In this document: in pieces, positions 7,816-16,707 of the stretch
Layout of the letters: the number at the start of each line of letters is the position of its first letter
How positions within the stretch are numbered: position 1 is the first letter of the stretch
Source: an uncultured delta proteobacterium
GTDB taxonomy: Bacteria; Myxococcota_A; UBA9160; SMWR01
DNA length: 64,000 nt
Direction of reading: 5' to 3'
Assembly: GCA_963832165.1 (NCBI GenBank)
Contig: CAWHTE010000011.1
Coordinates: 96,001-160,000 of the forward strand
Notes under the pieces: model-generated
What the model saw: the letters and a program-made list of their open reading frames with translations, nothing else
The model's database searches: none
What the model was told of the DNA's origin: nothing
Made by a program: the position numbers and the translations under genes

Positions 7816-8548
7816 GCCCCGCCGTCGCGCTCGGCGCGCAGCTGCTCGAGCGTTTCGAGCTGTCGTTCGGCGCGCGCGATGTACGCCTGGATCCGCTCGT
7901 TCTCGGGATCGATCAGGAGCGCGCGCCGCCACAGGTCGAGCGCCGTCTCGAGCTGTTCGTCGCCGAATGCGGCGCGACCCGCTTCCACGAGCGATTCGAC
8001 CTGTGCCACGCGCGCCGCACGCGCTCGCTCGCGCCGCTCGCGCCGCTCGCTCCTCGATCACCGCGCGCAGCCTCAGCTCTTCGCTCTGGTACGCGGGCTC
8101 GAAGGGGTCGAGCCGGCGCAGCTTCTCGAGCGCGGGCTCGGCCGAGGCGAGATCGCCGCGCGTGCGTACCTCGCGATACTCGTCGAGCAGCGCGTTGCGC
8201 TGGGCCACGACCTCGCGCGCGAGCCGCTGCACGTGGGCGAGGTTCGCCTCGTCGTCGGGTTGTAACTCGAGCGCGAGGCGATAGTCGATCAGCGCCTCCG
8301 CGAGTCGCCCTTCGCTCTCGAGCATGCGCGCGTTCGAGATGTAGCGCCCGACGCGTCCGGCCAGCTCCGCCTCCACCTCGCGGATCCGCGGCGCGAGCCC
8401 GTCCGGGTCGACCGCGCGCCAGCTCTCGATCGCGCCGTGCAGATCTCCGGCGCTGTAGAGCAATTCGCCTTGCTCGCCCGAGGTGGCGCATCCGAGTCCG
8501 AGCACGCCACATCCGAGCCATCGCGGCCACCGTGCGAGCGGCCCTCAA
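7812..8548 (-). CDS. TPR-like lipoprotein; apparent frameshift(s) near 8030 and near the start
   Basis: LGLGC lipobox, EALIDYRLALELQPDD, and in a second frame ALDLWRRALLIDPENERI ending at 7812. Confidence 0.65.
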
Positions 8549-9954
8549 ACGCGGGCCGCCTTGCCCTCCGCTCCCGCGCCAGCGAGCGGACCGAGGTCGA
8601 CCGAATAGACGTGCACGGGCTCCTCTCGGCCGGAGAGCTGCCGCTCGCCCTCGAAGCGCAGCCGCGCCGCGCCGCGCGCCTGGAGCTGGACCGCCTCGGA
8701 TACGAGGATTTCGCCCGGCCGCGCGAGCTTCTCGAGGCGGTGCGCCACGTTCACGGCGTCGCCGACGGCCGTGAAGTCGGAGCGCCGATCCGAGCCGATG
8801 TTGCCCACCACGACGACGCCGGTGTGGATGCCGATGCCGATCGAGATCGGCACGCCGTCTCCACCCGCGGCGATCTGCACGTTGCGCCGCTCCACGCCGC
8901 GCGCGATCTCGATCGCAGCCGTCACGGCGCGCAGCGCGTGGTCGGCCTGCGGCAGCGGTGCGCCGAAGTAGGCCATCACCGAATCGCCGATGAATTTGTC
9001 GATCGTGCCACCGGCACCCAGGATCAGGTCGGAGATCAGCTGGAAGCACTCGTTCAACAGGCCGACGACGTCGTTCGCGTCCATGCCCTCGGACAGGCGC
9101 GTGAACTGGCGGATGTCGACGAACAGGATCGTCACCTCGCGCTCGATGCCGGACTGTTTCTCGTCGGTGTCGTTCTCGAGCAGCTGGTTCAAGACGTAGT
9201 CGTCGACGTAGCGGCCGAACGCCTGCTGGATCTTGTGCTTCTGCTCGAGCGAGTCGCCCATCTCGTTGAACGCGCGCGTGAGCTCCCCGACCTCGTCGTG
9301 CGATGTCGGCGGCACGCGGACGTTGACGTCGCCCGCGGCGAGCCGTTCGACACCCACGCGCAGGCGCCGCAGCGGGCCGACCAGCAGCGCAACGAAGCCG
9401 ATTCCCGCGAGCACGCCCACCACCACCACCACCACGGCCACCGCTGCGAGCTGCTGTGCATTGCTCGCGACCACGGGGTCGACGAGCAGGCGCAGATCGA
9501 GCTCGACCTGGGCTTCGCCGATCAGCACGTCGCTGTAGATCACGGGCGCGGCGACCTGGAGGCGGCTGCCGTCGCGCGCCACCGAGACGCCGTCGGCCGC
9601 GTTCGGGTGGCCCGCGAGGCTCTCGCGCCGCTGATCGCGCTGGCCGGCATCGCTCGACGCGAGCACGCGTCCCTCGTGGTCGAGCAGCCGGACCGCGACC
9701 ACGCCCTCGCGGTTGCCGACGTCCTGGATCAGCTTGTCGAGCGAGAGCTCGGGCGAAAACGCGCCGCGGCCGGCCTCGAGCAGCGGCTCCTTCGCCGCCC
9801 CCGCGAGGTTCGCGGCGAGCGCACGGGCGCGTTTCTCGACTTCGGATTCGAGCGCGCGTCGCTCGTGCCGGGTGGCCAGCACGGCGAGGACCACACAAGC
9901 CGTCACGAGTAACGCGACGACGAGCGCGCTGAACTTGACCTGGAGCGATCGCAA
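8545..9954 (-). CDS. Membrane class III adenylate/guanylate cyclase with HAMP domain
   Basis: Two TM helices, HAMP (DEVGELTRAFNEM), and ILFVDIRQFT, DKFIGDSVMA, GDAVNVAHRLE motifs. Confidence 0.93.
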   Translation of the reverse strand: MRSLQVKFSALVVALLVTACVVLAVLATRHERRALESEVEKRARALAANLAGAAKEPLLEAGRGAFSPELSLDKLIQDVGNREGVVAVRLLDHEGRVLASSDAGQRDQRRESLAGHPNAADGVSVARDGSRLQVAAPVIYSDVLIGEAQVELDLRLLVDPVVASNAQQLAAVAVVVVVVGVLAGIGFVALLVGPLRRLRVGVERLAAGDVNVRVPPTSHDEVGELTRAFNEMGDSLEQKHKIQQAFGRYVDDYVLNQLLENDTDEKQSGIEREVTILFVDIRQFTRLSEGMDANDVVGLLNECFQLISDLILGAGGTIDKFIGDSVMAYFGAPLPQADHALRAVTAAIEIARGVERRNVQIAAGGDGVPISIGIGIHTGVVVVGNIGSDRRSDFTAVGDAVNVAHRLEKLARPGEILVSEAVQLQARGAARLRFEGERQLSGREEPVHVYSVDLGPLAGAGAEGKAARV

Positions 9955-10083
9955 AAGGGGAGCTGCCTTATGCGGTGGCGGGGGACACCGCGTCTTGGGG
10001 AGGGCCGCACCCTTCCTTCCTTGAAGTTGCGTGCGAGCTTATCGGACCGGCAGGGTCTGTCGACCAAACCTTCCCGGCGGGGC

Positions 10084-10560
10084 TCACTCGAATCGGATCT
10101 TGCGGACCTCGAATTCGCGGGTTCCCTTCGGAACCTGGACCCGAACCACGTCGTCGACCGTTTTCCCGAGCAGGGCCCGGGCGATCGGCGACGAGATCGA
10201 GAGCTTCCCGGATGCGATGTCCGACTCGTCTTCGCCCACGAGCGTGTACGTCACCTCTTCTTCCGTTTCGGCGTCGAGCAGCACCACCGTGACGCCAAAG
10301 CGAACCGAGTTCGGAGCGGGCCCCGAGGGGTCGATCACCTGGGCGCGCGCGAGCTTGTCCTCGATCGCGCGGATCCGCCCCTCGATGTGGCTCTGGCGCT
10401 CCTTCGCGGCGTGGAACTCGGCGTTCTCCGAGATGTCGCCGTGCGCGCGCGCGATCTCGATTTCCTTCACGATCTGCAGCCGGTCGACGTACTTGAGCTC
10501 GCGCAGGTCCGCCTCGAGCTTGTCGTAACCCTGTCGGGTCATGGGCACGCGCTCGGACAT
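10084..10560 (-). CDS. greA: Transcription elongation factor GreA
   Basis: ARAHGDISENAEFHAAKE and SISSPIARAL motifs. Confidence 0.96.
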   Translation of the reverse strand: MSERVPMTRQGYDKLEADLRELKYVDRLQIVKEIEIARAHGDISENAEFHAAKERQSHIEGRIRAIEDKLARAQVIDPSGPAPNSVRFGVTVVLLDAETEEEVTYTLVGEDESDIASGKLSISSPIARALLGKTVDDVVRVQVPKGTREFEVRKIRFE

Positions 10561-10744
10561 GCTCGCTGGTTCTCCGCCCACCGGGATTGCATCTGCGAGG
10601 CGCCGCGCACGACACCCGGGAGCGCGGGGGGCCCGGGTGCGCGGGCGCCTCTCACCGCGCCGGTGTCGCGGAGCCTACCGAGAGGGAAGGGGCTGTCAAC
10701 GCAGCGGAATAGTCGGGTGGGAAGAGGCCTGTGGGCGTGGAATC

Positions 10745-11350
10745 ATGACTGAAATGGTGTCCCGCTCGCCCACGAATGCCGCGAGCGCCGAGCAGGCCCC
10801 GCGCGTGCCGCTGCTGCGCTGGGCGACCATTGCCTACGGCCTGCTCGCCGCGGTCGCGCTCGGATGGAATGGATGGGCGGGCCGGCCCTGGGCCTACCTC
10901 GACCCGGCAGCTGCGGCGGCCGGGATTCGCTGGGGGCGAGACCTCGGGCTCGGGATCGCGTGCGCGGCCGCTGTGATCGCCGCCTCGCACGTGCTCACCA
11001 CCCGGACGCGCTGGGGGGCGGCGCTTGCGCGCGAGCTCACCGAGGCGCTGGGCCCGCTCACGCTGCGCGAGTGTCTCGCGCTCGCGGCGCTGTCGGGATT
11101 CGCCGAGGAGGTGTTCTTTCGCGGCGCGCTCCAGCCGCGCCTGGGCTGGCTCGGCGCGAGTCTCGTGTTCGGCTTCGCCCACATCGCGCCGCGCCGTTCG
11201 CTCTGGCCGTGGACGGGCTTCGCGCTGATCGCGGGCGGTCTGCTCGGCGGGCTGTTCGAGGTGACGGGCAATCTCGTGGCGCCGATCGCCGCTCACGCCG
11301 CGATCAACGCGGTGAACCTGCGCCTGCTCTCGCGCCCGGATCCCCGATAG
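10745..11350 (+). CDS. CPBP/CAAX intramembrane metalloprotease
   Basis: EEVFFRG, FGFAH and HAAIN motifs. Confidence 0.9.
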   Translation: MTEMVSRSPTNAASAEQAPRVPLLRWATIAYGLLAAVALGWNGWAGRPWAYLDPAAAAAGIRWGRDLGLGIACAAAVIAASHVLTTRTRWGAALARELTEALGPLTLRECLALAALSGFAEEVFFRGALQPRLGWLGASLVFGFAHIAPRRSLWPWTGFALIAGGLLGGLFEVTGNLVAPIAAHAAINAVNLRLLSRPDPR

Positions 11351-11720
11351 TCGCGACCGCGTCGATCTCCACAGCGGCCCCCAGCGGCAGCGCCGCAACC
11401 TGCACGGTCGCGCGCGCGGGCGGTACGGCGCCCGGGAAGTGCCGGGCGTAGACCGCGTTGATCCGCGCGAACAGCGCGAGGTCGGTCACGTAGACGGTCG
11501 TCTTCACGACGTGCGCGAGACTGGAACCCGCCGCCTCGAGCACCGCGGCGAGGTTCGCGAGCACCTGCTCGGTCTGCGCCTCGATGTCGCCCGGCACGAG
11601 CGCGCCCGTGCGCGGATCGAGCGGAATCTGGCCCGACGCAAACACCCAGCCCGCGTGGCAGACGGCCTGGGAGTACGGACCGACCGGAGCGGGAGCGCGT
11701 TCGCTGTGGACGCGATCCAC
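11304..11720 (-). CDS. RidA/Rid family enamine deaminase
   Basis: APAPVGPYSQAV, SGQIPLDP, PARATVQVAALP and VEID motifs. Confidence 0.92.
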   Translation of the reverse strand: MDRVHSERAPAPVGPYSQAVCHAGWVFASGQIPLDPRTGALVPGDIEAQTEQVLANLAAVLEAAGSSLAHVVKTTVYVTDLALFARINAVYARHFPGAVPPARATVQVAALPLGAAVEIDAVATIGDPGARAGAGSPR

Positions 11721-11723
11721 GTC

Positions 11724-12071
11724 TCAGGCGTCGAACGACTCGGCGGGCGTCGTGAGCAGCCGCTCCTCGAGCACGCGCAGCAGATAGCCGAGCAGCATCA
11801 GATTCGGCAGGCGCGCTCCGACCGACTTGTCGATCGGGAGCCCCTCGCAGAACTCGCGCGCATAGTGCGTGAAGAACTCGTGCGCTTCGCTCGGGACGTT
11901 CTTCGCCACGAGCTCGGCGAGCTCCTCCGCGGTGAGCTCGTCGAGCACTTCGACGAGCTCCCATGCGAGCTCCTCGCGCGTGAGCTCGGGCTCGTTCTCG
12001 TCGGTGTGCTCGTCCTCGAGTCGCTCGAGATCTTCGGGCGTGAGGCGGATCGGGTGTCGCGGATCGTCCAT
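11724..12071 (-). CDS. Acidic hypothetical protein (115 aa)
   Basis: Protein-like composition from ATG 12071; ends 3 bp before the Rid gene. Confidence 0.65.
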   Translation of the reverse strand: MDDPRHPIRLTPEDLERLEDEHTDENEPELTREELAWELVEVLDELTAEELAELVAKNVPSEAHEFFTHYAREFCEGLPIDKSVGARLPNLMLLGYLLRVLEERLLTTPAESFDA

Positions 12072-12254
12072 CGTTCGCCTCGCGGGACGCCCTCGAGCCA
12101 GTCCCAGGATAGGAGTTGAACGCATCCTGACAGCGGTGTCTTTCCGTGTCAATGCACGTATCCAGTGCTGCCGAAATCGCCGCATACCGCGCTCGCGAAC
12201 TCTTTCACGCGCGGATTCGCGACTTGCACCGGGATAGTTGCCGATCGCTTGCCG

Positions 12255-12779
12255 TCAGATCGACGGGCCGGAATCGGACAGTTGCGCATCGGATGCGGGG
12301 CGCTCGAGCAGATGTTCGCGCACGAAGATTGGCGCGTGCGTGCGCAGCGCGATCGCGATCGCATCGCTCGGCCGCGCGTCGATCTCCACGCGCTGGCCTC
12401 CCGCGCGAATCGCGAGCGTCGCGTAGTACGTGCCTTCGCGCAGATCGGTCACCACCACGCGCTCGAGCTCGCCGTGAAGGCCGTCGATCACGCTGCGCGC
12501 GAGGTCGTGCGAGTTCGGGCGCGGGCTCGCGATCTCCTCGATCGACATCGCGATCGACTCGGCCTCGGCGGTGCCGATCCAGATCGCGAGCCAGCGCGAT
12601 CCATCGCGCTCTTCGAGCAGCACCACGGGCAGGTCGTGCGCGTCGAGACCCACGCGCTGGACGCCCACCGCGACCTCGTGCCCGGACGCGTCCTTCGCGC
12701 GCCCACACGCGAGCGGTGACGACGCGGTGATCGCAAGCGCGATCCAGACCAGCACGGAGACCAGAGGGGAGCCCTGCAC
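12255..12779 (-). CDS. Bifunctional nuclease family protein (DUF151)
   Basis: LAIWIGTAEAESI, RPNSHDL and IDARPSDAIAIALR motifs. Confidence 0.9.
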   Translation of the reverse strand: MQGSPLVSVLVWIALAITASSPLACGRAKDASGHEVAVGVQRVGLDAHDLPVVLLEERDGSRWLAIWIGTAEAESIAMSIEEIASPRPNSHDLARSVIDGLHGELERVVVTDLREGTYYATLAIRAGGQRVEIDARPSDAIAIALRTHAPIFVREHLLERPASDAQLSDSGPSI

Positions 12780-12859
12780 GGACGGTCCTCCACCCCCCGT
12801 GATCCAGAGTAGAGCGGTGGCCGAGCGGGGTCGACTCTGAGCGCGATGAGTGGCTTGAC

Positions 12860-12956
12860 CGCAAGGAGGCCGACGGAGTCGGCCGACGCGCAGCGAGGCG
12901 AAGCCGAGCGAAGGGCCGGGCCCGAGCGCGAACGAATAGTGAGCGCGATGGCCGGC
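12860..12956 (+). repeat. Dispersed palindromic repeat family A, copy 1
   Basis: Aligns with 19211-19308 and the reverse complement of 34113-34210. Confidence 0.85.
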
Positions 12957-12962
12957 CCGGAG

Positions 12963-13039
<77 letters not shown>

Positions 13040-13060
13040 AAACTCCGAACAGCTGGCCGA

Positions 13061-13756
13061 TTATCGCGCCTCGGCGCGCGGAAGCAAGCTGGCCGAGGCC
13101 GCGCGGCGCAGCGCCGCGATCGCATCGCCGCGATCACGCGCACCGAACACCGCGGTGCCCGCGACGAATACATCGGCGCCCGCGCGCGCCGCGAGTGCGA
13201 TCGTCTCGGGACCGATGCCGCCGTCCACTTCGAGGGCGACATCGAGTCCGCGCTCGTCGATCCAGCGCCGCAGCGTCTCGATCTTGCCCAGCATGCTCGC
13301 GATGAACTTCTGACCGCCGAAGCCCGGGTTGACCGTCATCACGAGCACCTGGTCGACGTCTCCGAGCACGTGCTCGATGCTCGATGCGGGTGTCGACGGG
13401 TTCAGCACCACGCTCGCTCGCGCGCCGGCCTCGCGGATCTGCGCCACGCTGCGGTGCAGGTGCGGGCAGGTCTCGACGTGGATGCCCACCGTGTGGGCTC
13501 CCGCGCGCACGAAGTCCTGCACGTAGCGCTCGGGCTCGACGATCATCAGGTGCACGTCGAGCGGAAGCGCAGTGGAGCGGCGCACCGCCTCCACGATCAG
13601 CGGCCCGATCGTGATGTTGGGTACGAAGCGGCCGTCCATCACGTCCACGTGCACCCAGTCGGCTCCGCCCTGCTCGATGCTCGCGAGCTCGCTCGCGAGC
13701 GCCGAGAAGTCGGCGGAGAGGATCGACGGGGCGATCCGCGGCTCGCGCTGGCTCAT
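13061..13756 (-). CDS. rpe: Ribulose-phosphate 3-epimerase
   Basis: [29 protein letters not shown] and VDGG motifs. Confidence 0.97.
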   Translation of the reverse strand: MSQREPRIAPSILSADFSALASELASIEQGGADWVHVDVMDGRFVPNITIGPLIVEAVRRSTALPLDVHLMIVEPERYVQDFVRAGAHTVGIHVETCPHLHRSVAQIREAGARASVVLNPSTPASSIEHVLGDVDQVLVMTVNPGFGGQKFIASMLGKIETLRRWIDERGLDVALEVDGGIGPETIALAARAGADVFVAGTAVFGARDRGDAIAALRRAASASLLPRAEAR

Positions 13757-15183
13757 GCCGACGCCCTTCGCTCGAGCCGCGCCGCGAAGAAGCCATCGGT
13801 GTCGTGGCGATGGGGCCAGCAGCGCAGCGCTCCGTTCGCGTCCACGAGCTCGCGCACCTCCTCGGGCACCTCTCGCTGCCACACGAAGTTCGGTGAGTCG
13901 CGCAAGAACGATTCCACCAGGGCCTCGTTCTCCTCGGGCAGCAGAGTGCACGTACTGTAGACGAGCACGCCGCCGGGCCTCAACACGCGGCTCGCGCGTG
14001 TGAGCAGCGCTCGCTGCACTTCCGCGAGTCGCGCGGGGTCGGTCGGGCGCACGCGCCAGCGCGCGTCGGGATTGCGGCGCAGGCTGCCGAGTCCCGAGCA
14101 GGGCGCATCCACGAGCACGCGATCGAAGCCGCCCTCGGGTGCGTGCTCGGCGAGGTCGAGCGCGGCGTCGAACGCGCGGCAATCGATCCGTCCGAGCTTG
14201 AGCCGGCGCGCCGTGCGGCGCACGAGTTCGAGTCGGCCCGGGTGGCGGTCGAGCGCGAGCACCCAGCCGCTCTCGCCCACGCGCTCCGCGATCGCAGTGG
14301 CCTTGCCGCCCGGAGCCGCACAGGTGTCGAGCACGCGCTCGCCCGGCTGCGGATCGAGCAGACCCACCACGAGCTGAGAGGCTTCGTCCTGCACCGTGAA
14401 GCGACCCGCGAGGAAGCTCGGCAGCGCCGTGGCATTTCCGCGTCGCCCCAACACGGCTCCGTAGCGCGCAAAGCGACACGGACGTGCGTCGGGGAAGACC
14501 GGGCGCAACTCCGCGAGCAGCTCGTCCATTTTGCACTGGTGCGGATTCACGCGCACGGTGAGCGGCGGCACCTCGGTGCACGCGGCGGCGAGCGCAGCGG
14601 CTTCTGCGGGCCCGTACAGCTCGAGCCAGCGTGCCGCGATCCAGGCGGGCAGGCTCTGCGCGTGCATGAGGTGCCCGAGCGGGTCGCTGTCGAGCTCGGG
14701 CAGCGGCTCGCTCGCGTGGCGCTCGGCGAACGCGCGCAGCACCGCGTTCACGAGACCCGTGACGCGCTCGGCACCCGCGGCGCGCGCGCAGCGCACCGCT
14801 TCGTCGACCGCGGCGCTCGTGGGCACGCGGTCGTTGAACAGGATCTGGTAGGCGCCGAGCCGCAGCGCGGTCGCCGCGATGCCCTCGATCCGATCGAGCG
14901 GGCGATCGAGGAAGCGCCCGAGCAGGTAGTCGATCCGGCCGCGCCAGCGCAGCGTGCCGTACACGAGCTCGGTCGCGAACGCGCGGTCGACCGGCCCGAG
15001 CCCGCTGTGCGCGAGCTGGCTGTGCAGGAGCAAGTCCGCGTAGGCGCCCGCGCGCTGCACGCGCTCGAGCACGCGCAGCGCGAGCAGTCGCGCGCGCGTG
15101 GGCGCGTGTGCGTGCAGGTCCGCACCCGCGCGCCGCGGCGGACCGCGCCGCCGCGTCGGGCGGCCCGTGGGCTTGGCAGGCAT
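13753..15183 (-). CDS. rsmB: 16S rRNA m5C967 methyltransferase
   Basis: NusB-like N-terminus plus DTCAAPGGK, DAPCSGLG and YSTCT motifs. Confidence 0.95.
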   Translation of the reverse strand: MPAKPTGRPTRRRGPPRRAGADLHAHAPTRARLLALRVLERVQRAGAYADLLLHSQLAHSGLGPVDRAFATELVYGTLRWRGRIDYLLGRFLDRPLDRIEGIAATALRLGAYQILFNDRVPTSAAVDEAVRCARAAGAERVTGLVNAVLRAFAERHASEPLPELDSDPLGHLMHAQSLPAWIAARWLELYGPAEAAALAAACTEVPPLTVRVNPHQCKMDELLAELRPVFPDARPCRFARYGAVLGRRGNATALPSFLAGRFTVQDEASQLVVGLLDPQPGERVLDTCAAPGGKATAIAERVGESGWVLALDRHPGRLELVRRTARRLKLGRIDCRAFDAALDLAEHAPEGGFDRVLVDAPCSGLGSLRRNPDARWRVRPTDPARLAEVQRALLTRASRVLRPGGVLVYSTCTLLPEENEALVESFLRDSPNFVWQREVPEEVRELVDANGALRCWPHRHDTDGFFAARLERRASA

Positions 15184-15192
15184 TGCACGAGT

Positions 15193-16140
15193 CTACTCGT
15201 TGCTGCCGGATGCGCCGAGGCGCTCTCCGTCGGAGATCGGGCGCCCGCGCAGATAGGATGCGGTGTCGAGCGGTTTGCCGCCTGCGCGCTGGACCCGCTC
15301 CGGTACGAGCCACCCGTCGCCGGTGGCCACGCGCAGCGGCTCGCCCGAGGGCGCGCGGACCTCTCCCGGCGCGCGATCGGCCGGCCCGGGCTCGACGCGC
15401 GCGGCCAGGATCCGCAGCGGCTCTCCGCGCAGCGCGGTGCGCGCCCCGGGCGCGGGCGCGAATGCGCGCACGCGGCGCGCGATCGCGGCCGCGGGAGCGC
15501 TCCAGTCGATCTCGAGATCGGCGGATTCGATCTTGGGCGCGAGCGTCGCGCGCGCAGCGTCCTGTTCGCGCCAGACCACGCGGCCGTCGGCGATCTGCGC
15601 GAGCGCCTCCGCGATCGCGTCGGCGGCGAGCGGCGCGAGCCGGTCGCCGAGCTGCCCCGCATCCTCGTCCGGCCCGATCGCGAGCGTGCGCACGAGCGCC
15701 ACGGGGCCGGCGTCCATCTCGCGCTCGACGCGCATCACCGAGATGCCGGTCTCCGTGTCGCCCGCGAGCACCGCACGCGCGATCGGTGCGGCGCCGCGGT
15801 GGCGCGGCAACACACTTGCGTGTCCATTCACGAGATAGCCGAGCCGCGGCAGCTCGCGGACCTGGCGCGGCAGGAACTGTCCGAACGCCACCACCACGCC
15901 GAGATCCGGCGCCGCGGCGCGCAGAGCCTCTACCACGTCGGGTGCACCGACGCGCTCGGGTCGCAAGAGCGGGAGCCCGCGCTCGAGCGCCGCGGCCGAG
16001 ACCGCCGACGGTTGCACGCGCCGGCCGCGGCCGCTCGGCCGATCCGGCTGGCTGATCACCGCGGCGATCTCGTGCTCGCGCGCGAGTCGGGCCAGCGTGG
16101 GCACCGCGAACTCGGGCGTGCCGAAGAAGATCAGGCGCAC
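15193..16140 (-). CDS. fmt: Methionyl-tRNA formyltransferase
   Basis: FFGTPEFA, HASVLPRHRGAAPI and MDAGP motifs; lies between def and rsmB. Confidence 0.95.
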   Translation of the reverse strand: MRLIFFGTPEFAVPTLARLAREHEIAAVISQPDRPSGRGRRVQPSAVSAAALERGLPLLRPERVGAPDVVEALRAAAPDLGVVVAFGQFLPRQVRELPRLGYLVNGHASVLPRHRGAAPIARAVLAGDTETGISVMRVEREMDAGPVALVRTLAIGPDEDAGQLGDRLAPLAADAIAEALAQIADGRVVWREQDAARATLAPKIESADLEIDWSAPAAAIARRVRAFAPAPGARTALRGEPLRILAARVEPGPADRAPGEVRAPSGEPLRVATGDGWLVPERVQRAGGKPLDTASYLRGRPISDGERLGASGSNE

Positions 16141-16148
16141 CGGAGCTG

Positions 16149-16688
16149 TCAGGAGGACCGGGGCGAGCGTTCCTCGGCCTCGCGCTTGAGCTGCTTCTTG
16201 CGCCTCGCCACGTAGAGGCTGCGCTTGAGCTTGCTGATCCGATCGATGAACAGCTTTCCGTCGAGGTGGTCGACCTCGTGCTGGAAGCACACCGCCAGCA
16301 GGCCCTCCGCGCGGATCTCGACCTCCTTGCCATCGAGATCGAGCGCGCGCATGAGCACGCGCTCGGCGCGCTTCACCTCGGCCTCGAAGTCGGGCACCGA
16401 GAGGCAACCCTCCTTCCATCCGATCTCGCCTTCCTGCTCGGAGAGCTCGGGGTTCACCAGGATCAGCGGATTCCTCTCGTGGTTCTCGTCCTTCCAGTCC
16501 GTGTCGACCACGATCAGGCGCACGGCCTCACCCACCTGGGTCGCCGCGAGGCCGATGCCGGGCTCGTCGTACATGACCTCGCACATGTCCTGGGCGAGCT
16601 GGCGGATCTCGTCGGTGATCGACTCGATCGGCTTCGCTTCGACGGTCAGCCGTTTGTCCGGGAACTGAAGGACGGGTCGCAGCGCCAT
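16149..16688 (-). CDS. def: Peptide deformylase
   Basis: GIGLAATQ, EGCLS and QHEVDHLDG motifs. Confidence 0.97.
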   Translation of the reverse strand: MALRPVLQFPDKRLTVEAKPIESITDEIRQLAQDMCEVMYDEPGIGLAATQVGEAVRLIVVDTDWKDENHERNPLILVNPELSEQEGEIGWKEGCLSVPDFEAEVKRAERVLMRALDLDGKEVEIRAEGLLAVCFQHEVDHLDGKLFIDRISKLKRSLYVARRKKQLKREAEERSPRSS

Positions 16689-16707
16689 CCGTCAAAAATA
16701 ACGAAGC

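Noticed and set aside
6460..8505. 681-aa TPR-FN3 fusion
   Set aside because: A frameshift near 8030 causes it; the FN3 gene has its own signal peptide and an ATGA overlap at 7812-7815.
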